A model generated the notes under the pieces. It was not told where the DNA came from. It made no database searches and saw nothing but the letters and a program-made list of their open reading frames with translations. Positions 7,723 through 14,809 of a stretch of 59,212 nt of DNA are shown piece by piece. The translations under genes and the position numbers were made by a program. Position 1 is the first letter of the stretch, and each line of letters opens with the position of its first letter. Source of the stretch: a bacterium (GTDB taxonomy: Bacteria > Actinomycetota > Acidimicrobiia > Acidimicrobiales > CATQHL01); NCBI GenBank assembly GCA_026706565.1, contig JAPOYM010000106.1, positions 1 through 59,212 on the forward strand, read 5' to 3'.

Positions 7723-9155
7723 CGCGCCGACACCTCGCGGCCGGCGGCAAGGAGTTGGCGCGCCACCTCGCGGTCGTCGAAGGGGATGACCCGATCGCCG
7801 ATTGTCTGCGTGGTCTCGTGGCCTTTGCCGGCCACGACGATCACGTCGCCGGCGCGGGCGCCGTCCAGCGCAGCCGCTATGGCCCGCCGACGGTCCAACT
7901 CGATCTCCGCCGAGCCGGCGCCGGCGCCGGCCATGATCGCCCCGGCGATGCTCGCAGGGTCCTCCCGCCGCGGGTTGTCGGAGGTGATGATCACTCTGTC
8001 GGCGCAGCGCGAGGCGACGGCGCCCATCGCCCCGCGCTTGGCCGTGTCCCGGTCGCCGCCGCAGCCGAAGACCACGGTCAGGCGAGCGCGCCCCGAGGCG
8101 AGGTCTCGCCCGGCGCTCAGCAGCTGCTCCAACGCTGCAGGAGAATGCGCGAAGTCCACGACGACCAGCGCGGGCTCCTCGGCCACCACCTCGAAACGTC
8201 CCGGCAGGCGCGGCGGCGCTTCGAGCCCCGACCGGACGTCCGCCGCCTCGGCGCCGAGGGCCTGCGCGACCGTCGCCGCCACGACCGCGTTGGCCACGTT
8301 GTGCGCGCCGCCGAGGGGCAGGGAGATCTCCGTGCCCTGCCAGCGGAACCGGCTTCCCCGGGCCGAGGATTGCAATATCTCGGCGTCGGCCAGCGAGCAG
8401 ACCCGCACGTCGCCGTGTGCCTCGGCGGCGAGGCGGCGGCCCCAGGGGTCGTCGGTGCAGATCACGCTGATCGCCGTGCGGTCCGCCTCGAAAAGCATCC
8501 GCTTGGCCCTGAAGTAGCCCTCCATGTCGCGGTGGTAGTCAAGATGCTCCGGCGAGAGGTTGGTGAAGGCCGCCGCGGCGAACGCCAGTCCGTCGACCCT
8601 CCGCTGGGCCAGCCCGTGCGAGCTGACCTCGAGGGCCACGGCCGCCGCTGCGCTGCGGCGCGCTCCCGCCAGCCGCTGCGCCAACTCGGTGGCGCGCGGC
8701 GTGGTGAGGCCCCCGTCCAGGGAGCCGACGGCGGTGCATCGCCTGCCGCCCGCGCCGAGGACGGCGCTCAGCAGATGCGTGACGGTGGTCTTGCCGTTCG
8801 TCCCCGTCACCCCCACGATCTGCAGGTGCTCCTGGGGCGACCCTGCCTGCGCTAGGGCCACGGGGCCCAGCGCCGCCGGCACCTGCGGCACTACGGCCTG
8901 CGGCAGCGCCACGGGGAGGGGCCGCTCGACCATCAGCGCCGCGGCGCCGGCCGCCGCCGCCCCGGCGGCGAAGTCGTGGCCATCGTGGGCCCGCCCCCGC
9001 ACGCAGCAGAACAGCGCCCCGGCGGTCACCTCACGGGAGTCTTCGCACACCGCCGCGATCGGCGGGTCGCTCTCCGGCACGCCGGCGGGGACTCGCAGCC
9101 GATGGGAGATCCGGCTCCGCCGCAGCAGCGCCGACAGAGCGGGGCCCTCAGCCAT
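7719..9155 (-). CDS. murE: UDP-N-acetylmuramoyl-L-alanyl-D-glutamate--2,6-diaminopimelate ligase
   Basis: 478 aa. VTGTNGKTTVTHLL P-loop. ITSDNPRREDP (the DNPR motif is MurE-specific). 4-nt overlap with mraY and 8-nt overlap with ftsI. Confidence 0.93.
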   Translation of the reverse strand: MAEGPALSALLRRSRISHRLRVPAGVPESDPPIAAVCEDSREVTAGALFCCVRGRAHDGHDFAAGAAAAGAAALMVERPLPVALPQAVVPQVPAALGPVALAQAGSPQEHLQIVGVTGTNGKTTVTHLLSAVLGAGGRRCTAVGSLDGGLTTPRATELAQRLAGARRSAAAAVALEVSSHGLAQRRVDGLAFAAAAFTNLSPEHLDYHRDMEGYFRAKRMLFEADRTAISVICTDDPWGRRLAAEAHGDVRVCSLADAEILQSSARGSRFRWQGTEISLPLGGAHNVANAVVAATVAQALGAEAADVRSGLEAPPRLPGRFEVVAEEPALVVVDFAHSPAALEQLLSAGRDLASGRARLTVVFGCGGDRDTAKRGAMGAVASRCADRVIITSDNPRREDPASIAGAIMAGAGAGSAEIELDRRRAIAAALDGARAGDVIVVAGKGHETTQTIGDRVIPFDDREVARQLLAAGREVSAR

Positions 9156-10908
9156 CGCCGCCCCCCGGCGCCGCGAGGATTACGTCGGGTTCGCCCACCG
9201 TCGGCGGTGGCACCGTGAGCCGACGCAGCGCGATCTGCGCCAGCTCGGCGAACGCGGGGGCCGCGGCGCTCCCGCCGTAGATGGTGGTCGTGGGCTCGTC
9301 GATCACTACCACGATGGAGACCTGCGGGTCCGACGCCGGGGCGAAACCGGCGAAGGTGGCGACGTAGCGGTAGTTCCCGGCCTCGTCCTCGTAACCGCCG
9401 TCAGGGTGGGGCTTGCGGGCCGTGCCCGTCTTGCCCGCCACCTCGTAGCCCTCGACCTCGGCCTGCTTGCCGGTTCCGTCGGCCACTGCCTCCCGGAGGA
9501 TCCGGCGCATGTGGACCGCCGCCGTCGTGGACATCACGCGGTGCGCCGGAGCAGTCGGCGCCAGCGCGGTGCGGGCGCCGTCGGGCGCTATTGCCTCCGC
9601 CACGATCCGCGCGGGTACGTACACACCGTCGTTGGCGACCGCGTTGAAGGCCAAGAGCAGCTGCAGCGGGGTCAGCGAGATCCCTTGGCCTATAGCGATG
9701 GTCGCCAGGGAGGTGCCCGACCAGTCGGCCACCGGCAGCAGAAGGCCCGGCGACTCGCCGAAGAGTCCGAGCCCGCTCGTCTGGCCGAGCCCGAACCGCC
9801 GGAGATAGCCGTACAGGCCCGACGGGCCGAGCTGGTCGCCCCAGAGGATGGTGCCGATGTTGGAGGACTGCACGACGATGTCGCGCACCGAGTAGTCGAG
9901 AGTCGGGTGCGGGCTGTGGTCGGTGAACTCCGCGTCGTGGACCCTCAGGCGGTCCGGCACCGGGCGGGTCGTTTCCGGCGTCGCTAACCCAGCGTCCAGC
10001 ACGGCGGAGAAGGTCAGCCCCTTGATGACCGATCCGGGTTCGAAAGCCCAGGTGAGCGCCTTGTTCTCGACACCGGTGACCACCTCGCCCGCCTCGTCCC
10101 GAGTGGCGGTGGACATCGCCAGGATCTCGCCTGTGGCCGGACGCCCGACGACGACCACGCCCCCTTTCGCGTCGGTCTGGCGCACCTGCTCGGTGAGGAT
10201 CCGGGCCGCCTCGAACTGCAGCAGCCGGTCGATCGTCAGCCGCAGATCGGCGCCGTGTACCGCGGGAGTCGCCTCGTTGCGCCCGCCGGGGATGCTGCGC
10301 CCCCCCGGGTACTCCTCACGGCTGACCGAGCCGGGGGCGCCCGCTAGGACGTCGTTGTAGAGGAGCTCGATGCCGGAGGTGCCGTTGTGGTCGAGGCTCA
10401 CCGAGCCGATGACCTCCGCGGCGGTCCGCCCCAGCGGGTAGACGCGGCGCGCTTCGGGGCGCGTGCCGATGCCCTGCAGGCCGAGCGCCTCGACCTGTTC
10501 GGCCCGCTCCGGAGAGACCTGCCGTTGGATGTACACGAACTGGCCGGGCACCGACATCTTCTGAGCCAGGGGCGTGACTTCGGCCCCCAGCACAGGCGCC
10601 AGAACCTGAGCCCTGGCCAGCGGGTCGGCTATCTGGGACGGATCGGCGAACACCGTCGCCCACTCGAGCGAGGTGGCCAGGGGCTCGCCGGAGCTGTCGA
10701 GGATGTCCCCCCGCAGGCCCATCACCTGCGTGGTGCGGATCCGATGATCCTCACCCCAGGCGACGATGCGCTCCGCCTGGCGGAACTGGAGGTCGAACGT
10801 CTTCCAGACAAGTCCCGAGGCCATAGCCATCAGAGCCAGGACTAGGACGAACCTGCGGCCCGGCGACCGGAAGCGGCCGCGCCGCGGCGCGCCGCGGGCG
10901 GAGCTCAT
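9148..10908 (-). CDS. ftsI: Class B penicillin-binding protein / peptidoglycan D,D-transpeptidase FtsI
   Basis: From ATG 10908 (MSSARGAPRRGRF..VLVLALMAMASGLV TM anchor). FEPGSVIKGL (SxxK), QSSNIG (SxN) and AGKTGTARK (KTG) are transpeptidase motifs. Confidence 0.9.
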   Translation of the reverse strand: MSSARGAPRRGRFRSPGRRFVLVLALMAMASGLVWKTFDLQFRQAERIVAWGEDHRIRTTQVMGLRGDILDSSGEPLATSLEWATVFADPSQIADPLARAQVLAPVLGAEVTPLAQKMSVPGQFVYIQRQVSPERAEQVEALGLQGIGTRPEARRVYPLGRTAAEVIGSVSLDHNGTSGIELLYNDVLAGAPGSVSREEYPGGRSIPGGRNEATPAVHGADLRLTIDRLLQFEAARILTEQVRQTDAKGGVVVVGRPATGEILAMSTATRDEAGEVVTGVENKALTWAFEPGSVIKGLTFSAVLDAGLATPETTRPVPDRLRVHDAEFTDHSPHPTLDYSVRDIVVQSSNIGTILWGDQLGPSGLYGYLRRFGLGQTSGLGLFGESPGLLLPVADWSGTSLATIAIGQGISLTPLQLLLAFNAVANDGVYVPARIVAEAIAPDGARTALAPTAPAHRVMSTTAAVHMRRILREAVADGTGKQAEVEGYEVAGKTGTARKPHPDGGYEDEAGNYRYVATFAGFAPASDPQVSIVVVIDEPTTTIYGGSAAAPAFAELAQIALRRLTVPPPTVGEPDVILAAPGGGDG

Positions 10909-10951
10909 GGCGCCGGTGTCTGGCGACCGCGGGCGGAGCTCATGGCACCGG
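10892..10951. repeat. 25-nt direct repeat (24/25 identical) with 35-nt period at the ftsL/ftsI junction
   Basis: ccgcgggcggagctcatggcGccgg at 10892-10916 and ccgcgggcggagctcatggcAccgg at 10927-10951. Each copy contains ATGA on the minus strand. Confidence 0.9.
10905..10943 (-). other. 12-codon relay mini-ORF (MSSARGRQTPAP*) bridging ftsL and ftsI
   Basis: ATG 10943..10941 overlaps the ftsL TGA (10942..10940). Its TGA 10907..10905 overlaps the ftsI ATG (10908..10906). Its first six codons duplicate the ftsI N-terminus. Translation is not demonstrated. Confidence 0.3.
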
Positions 10952-11308
10952 CGCCTGCGGCGGGACCAGGTAGACGATCGTGGTCGGCGTGACCATCCCG
11001 AGGCGGTCACGAGCCTCGGCCCCCAGGAACGCCGGCGAGAGCAGCTGGGCTCGGCGCAGACGCAGCTCGCGGTCGGTGGCGGTCGCCTCGACGATCTGCT
11101 CGTCTAGTTGGTCGATCCGCCCTTGGGCCTCGGTCACGACCGCTTGCAGGACGCCGATGACGAACAGGCCCGCGACGAGGACCGCCAGCACGGCGAGCCC
11201 GGCGCGGCCGAGGCGGACCGGCTCGGCGCGCGCCGGCGCGACGACCCGGAGCGCGGACTCTCCGCGGGACTTCGGGGCCGACGACGGCGATGGCTGCGGG
11301 CGGCTCAC
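10940..11308 (-). CDS. ftsL: FtsL-like cell division protein (single TM plus coiled coil)
   Basis: 122 aa. GLAVLAVLVAGLFVIGVL TM, then a heptad-like segment, then ARDRLGMVTP. Its position between rsmH and ftsI fits FtsL. GTGA overlap with rsmH. Confidence 0.7.
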   Translation of the reverse strand: MSRPQPSPSSAPKSRGESALRVVAPARAEPVRLGRAGLAVLAVLVAGLFVIGVLQAVVTEAQGRIDQLDEQIVEATATDRELRLRRAQLLSPAFLGAEARDRLGMVTPTTIVYLVPPQAPVP

Positions 11309-12252
11309 GACTGGGTGGCCTCGAGCTTCTCGAAGGCGCGCAGGCGGGCGCTGCGCGAGCGCGGATTCGCCTGCACCTCAGCCGCCGCAGGTCTCCGCGC
11401 ACGGCGACCGAGAAGAGCGATGCACTTCACGGCCCCGCAGACGCAGGGCAGACGCGGGGGGCAGGTGCAGCCGCCGGCGGCCTCCCCCAACGTCTCCTTG
11501 ACGATGCGGTCCTCGCCGGAGTGGTAGCTGAGGACCACTCCCCTGCCCTTGGGCGCAAGGAGGCCGATGACCTCGCTCAGAGCCGGACGGATCTGCGCGA
11601 GTTCGTCGTTGACCGCTATCCGCAGCGCCTGGAAGGTGCGCTTCGCAGGGTGCCCGCTGCGGCGGCGCCGCCGCGGCGGGACGGCCGAGCAGACGACCTC
11701 GGCCAACTCCGCGGTGTCGCGCAGCGGCCGGTTCGCTGCGACCGCCCGGGCGATCCGCCGAGCGTTGGGTTCATCGCCGTACCCCCGCAGCAGGCCCGCT
11801 AGGCGCTCGGCGGGCCATTCGTTGACGATCCCGGCGGCGCAGGGCCCGGAGGTGGGGTCCATGCGCATGTCGATGGGGCCGCCTCGGCGGTAGCTGAAGC
11901 CGCGGCCGGGATCGTCGAGTTGCATCGAGCTGGCCCCGAGGTCGAAGAGCGCGCCCGCGAGGCAGCCGACGTCCCAGCCGGCGAGCGCCTCGCCCAGAGC
12001 GTCGAAGCGTCGCTGCGCTAGCCGGACCCCGTCCGGAAGCCGCCGCGCGGCCATGGCCAACGCCTCGGGATCGCGGTCCAGGCCGACGCAAGTCAGATCG
12101 GGGCGCCGCTCCAGCAGGGCCGAGGCGTGGCCCCCGGCGCCGACGGTGGCGTCTAGGAAGATCCCCGTCGGGATCTCCTCCAGCGCCTCGACGACCTCGC
12201 GGAGCATGACCGGTTCGTGAGCGCCGCTCCCGGCGACCTCATGAGCTGCCAC
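11305..12252 (-). CDS. rsmH: 16S rRNA (cytosine1402-N4)-methyltransferase
   Basis: 315 aa. HEPVMLREVVEAL, FLDATVGAGGHASALLE, FDLGASSMQLD, LSYHSGEDRIVK. Confidence 0.95.
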   Translation of the reverse strand: MAAHEVAGSGAHEPVMLREVVEALEEIPTGIFLDATVGAGGHASALLERRPDLTCVGLDRDPEALAMAARRLPDGVRLAQRRFDALGEALAGWDVGCLAGALFDLGASSMQLDDPGRGFSYRRGGPIDMRMDPTSGPCAAGIVNEWPAERLAGLLRGYGDEPNARRIARAVAANRPLRDTAELAEVVCSAVPPRRRRRSGHPAKRTFQALRIAVNDELAQIRPALSEVIGLLAPKGRGVVLSYHSGEDRIVKETLGEAAGGCTCPPRLPCVCGAVKCIALLGRRARRPAAAEVQANPRSRSARLRAFEKLEATQS

Positions 12253-12272
12253 GGCGCCGCCGCAGTGGTCGC

Positions 12273-12398
12273 TCGCCGTTCAGCAATCCCCCGGCCTCCA
12301 GGACCTCGCGGAGATTTCTCCCGACGCAAGGGGTGTGGCAAGTGATGGGAGTAGGGGTTGGCTGTCCTCCTGTCAACCGGAGGATTGCTGAACGGCGA
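12273..12398 (-). promoter_or_regulatory. Candidate structured RNA / inverted-repeat element in the mraZ-rsmH spacer
   Basis: The 22-nt arms tcgccgttcagcaatcccccgg (12273-12294) and ccggaggattgctgaacggcga (12377-12398) are reverse complements at 21/22 positions and enclose about 82 nt. The element nearly fills the spacer between the mraZ stop (12418) and the rsmH start (12252). Confidence 0.35.
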
Positions 12399-12417
12399 TG
12401 ACGCGCCGGGTGATCGT

Positions 12418-12888
12418 TCACAGCCAGCTGCTCTCAGACCAGGGGCCCAGGCCCGTCTCATCGGTGTAGGCGCCGGCGCCGCCGACCGAGCTCAGCCAGA
12501 CATCGGCGTTCCACAGCTCGATCCGCTCGCCGACGCCGGCCACGAAGACGCCGGTCTCGCCGCCGCCGGGGTCGACGGCGAGAACCTCGCGCAGGGGCTC
12601 GGGGACGACGATGCGTCCCTGAGCGTCGGGCCGCACGGGGTACCCGTTGCCGGAGAACCAGCGCAGCAGGTTCTGCCCGTTCCCCCGCGTGCGCACCTCC
12701 TGCTGGAGCCGGCGGTACGCAGCGTCGAAGCTCTGCTGGCGCCACAGGCCCAGGCACGGGCTCCCCGGCACGCGGCCGAGAACGCAGCGGTCGTCGGCGT
12801 CGGCGCCGTGGCGGAACTCCGGGGGCAGTGAGACACGCCACTTCCCGTCGATGGAGCGCTCGTGGCTGCCGGAATATGTTCTATCCAT
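12418..12888 (-). CDS. mraZ: Transcriptional regulator MraZ
   Basis: 156 aa with two SpoVT/AbrB-like halves: SIDGKWRVSLPPEFR and PDAQGRIVVPEPLRE. It is the first gene of the dcw cluster. Confidence 0.9.
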   Translation of the reverse strand: MDRTYSGSHERSIDGKWRVSLPPEFRHGADADDRCVLGRVPGSPCLGLWRQQSFDAAYRRLQQEVRTRGNGQNLLRWFSGNGYPVRPDAQGRIVVPEPLREVLAVDPGGGETGVFVAGVGERIELWNADVWLSSVGGAGAYTDETGLGPWSESSWL

Positions 12889-12948
12889 GTCAACTCGCGG
12901 CTTGCGATCACCGTGCCGGGTGCCCCGTACTGCGACCCGACCAGCCGA

Positions 12949-12998
12949 AGTATAGGGACTAAGCCCCGCTGCTCACCACAATAACCCACTACTCCCCA
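12949..12998 (-). promoter_or_regulatory. Candidate dcw promoter (-10 TATACT) with an upstream TGGGN direct-repeat array (possible MraZ operator)
   Basis: The minus strand reads TGGGG-AGTAG-TGGGT-TATTG-TGGTG-AGCAG-CGGGG (12998..12964), i.e. pentamers with exact 10-nt periodicity. TATACT follows at 12954..12949, about 60 nt upstream of the mraZ ATG. Confidence 0.4.
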
Positions 12999-13196
12999 CC
13001 ACGCAAGGCCGGGGAGCACAAGCCGCCCCAACGAAACCCCCGCGCCGAGCCCGGCCGAGCCGCGCACCGTCAAGGCCTGTCCGGGCTGGCCCGCAGGCGA
13101 GAGACGTACGATCCGCAGCGCTGCCCCGCGATCCACGCCGACTGGGCTCTGTCGTCGCGCAGGCAGGAACTCCAATAGTCGGGCCGCGCCGCGGCG

Positions 13197-14744
13197 CTAC
13201 AGCAGGAACCAGACCAGTCGGGCCGTCCCGGAACTCCCTCCCAGTCCGCCCACGAACCACCACAGGTACATGAGAATGCCGATGGACAGGGCGGACATCG
13301 CGGTCACCTTGTACCGACGCGCTCGGTCGTTTCGGGATCGCAGTACGGCCAGCAGCAGGGCGAGCGATCCGAGCATGGAGGCGCCCCAGACGAACCACAC
13401 AAGGTACAGCATGGCATGGTAGACCGACTCGAGGTCGGGGTCTGCCGCTAGCGTCTCGTCCGCAGCCGACTCGACGTCATCCAGAACGAGCGCGAACTGC
13501 AAGCCGGGGTCTCTGTTGTACTCGATGACCCCGCTGTCCTCCAGCGCCGCCGTCGTGGCCACGGCGGCGGCCGGGACGAAGGCCAGGACGACGCCGACGG
13601 CTAGGAGTCTCCGCACGCGACGCGGGCGAGCGTCGATCCAGCGCACGGGCCGCCAAGGCTCTGGAGCCCTCCCGCCGCCGTTGAATGTCTCGCCGCCGCA
13701 GACCGAGCCCTCCTCCCCCGCGAAGGTTCCGTGCGGCGCAGCCGCGTGGTCCCCGCCGGCCTCAGGCCACCGTGACCGGCGCGCGGGCCAGAACCGTATG
13801 ACGAGCGCGATGAGGACACCGATCCCGACTACCGGCAGCCAGGGCGTGGTCAGCCCGGACAGCGCCAGCCACCGATAATGGCGGGCGCGGCTCTGGGTTG
13901 GGAGCAGCCACAGGACGCCCAGCCCGCAGGCCGCCGCGAACAGGCAGACGGCGAGGCTGAAGTTCTGAATCGTCCCGTCGGCCCACGTCGGCAGAGCCTC
14001 CGGCAGCGGCTGCTGGTCAGCCAGGACGAGACGGTCGAAGGGCCGGTCGAGCGCGTCCCACGCCCGCCACGACGCCACGAACAGCCCCGGGAACAGCCCG
14101 ACCGAGAACACCACCGCGAGAGCGCGCTTCGCCGGTCCAGGGACAGAACCGCCCCAGAAGCGAACCGCTAACCCCCCGACCCCAGACGCGGCCCCACGAA
14201 CACCACCACCGCCCAAGCCGCCGCCCCAACCATCGCCCTCACCGACAACCCCGGATTCGCCCGCCACCGGAATCGACTCGGCCCAATCTGAGTCGTTCAC
14301 CCGCCGGTCGGGCCAATAGTTGACGATGAACGCGAGCACCGCCACGATGCCGAGCAGAAGGCTCACGGCCATCACAAGTCCAGCGAGCGCCAATCCAACG
14401 TAGACATTGCGCCCCGAGCCGCGGCGCAACAGCATCAAGGCTGCGACACAGCAGCCGACCGCCAAGTAACTCGGCGACGCCAGAACGTAGACAATCACAA
14501 CCCTGGCCCACAAGGGCCCCTCCAAAGCCACCATCCCAGGCGGGTCATGCCAGCCAATCATCAAGCTATTTCCTGTCAGAGAACGGACTAAAATTACAGA
14601 TATTATACTTATCACAGACAGAATTGCTCCAATTATCACAAGTCGTTCTGCCCGCCCGGGTCGGGACTCAATCCAGCGGGCATCCGGGCGGTAGCCAGCG
14701 CGAGCAGATCGCGCCGCGGACGAGAGATCCGAACCTGCCACCAT
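13197..14744 (-). CDS. Uncharacterised multi-pass membrane protein, paralog A (three internal modules, Gly-rich loop)
   Basis: The ORF track starts at 14750 (TTG); ATG 14744 gives MVAGSDLSS... The protein has many hydrophobic helices and the loop GEGDGWGGGLGGGGVRG. I recognise no family. A near-identical paralog lies directly upstream. Confidence 0.75.
   Translation of the reverse strand: MVAGSDLSSAARSARAGYRPDARWIESRPGRAERLVIIGAILSVISIISVILVRSLTGNSLMIGWHDPPGMVALEGPLWARVVIVYVLASPSYLAVGCCVAALMLLRRGSGRNVYVGLALAGLVMAVSLLLGIVAVLAFIVNYWPDRRVNDSDWAESIPVAGESGVVGEGDGWGGGLGGGGVRGAASGVGGLAVRFWGGSVPGPAKRALAVVFSVGLFPGLFVASWRAWDALDRPFDRLVLADQQPLPEALPTWADGTIQNFSLAVCLFAAACGLGVLWLLPTQSRARHYRWLALSGLTTPWLPVVGIGVLIALVIRFWPARRSRWPEAGGDHAAAPHGTFAGEEGSVCGGETFNGGGRAPEPWRPVRWIDARPRRVRRLLAVGVVLAFVPAAAVATTAALEDSGVIEYNRDPGLQFALVLDDVESAADETLAADPDLESVYHAMLYLVWFVWGASMLGSLALLLAVLRSRNDRARRYKVTAMSALSIGILMYLWWFVGGLGGSSGTARLVWFLL
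13834..14559. repeat. 726-bp core of tandem duplication, copy 1 (appears 100% identical to 15432..16157)
   Basis: The offset is 1598 nt. Several lines were compared base by base. The shadow ORFs 13878..14171/15476..15769, 14017..14229/15615..15827 and 14239..14511/15837..16109 translate identically. The first mismatches are at 13831-13833 and 14560. Confidence 0.85.
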
Positions 14745-14809
14745 GAGCAAAACCTACTTCCCGCAAAACAGCCAGGTCAAAGAACCGACGGGGCCCCTGC
14801 GCCGCGGCG

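Noticed and set aside
5339-7750. 803-aa ORF suggesting a giant fusion upstream of murD
   Set aside because: Only the last about 443 codons are MurD. The upstream part is an alternative frame across mraY with Arg/Gly-rich nonsense. murD starts at GTG 6670, overlapping the mraY stop.
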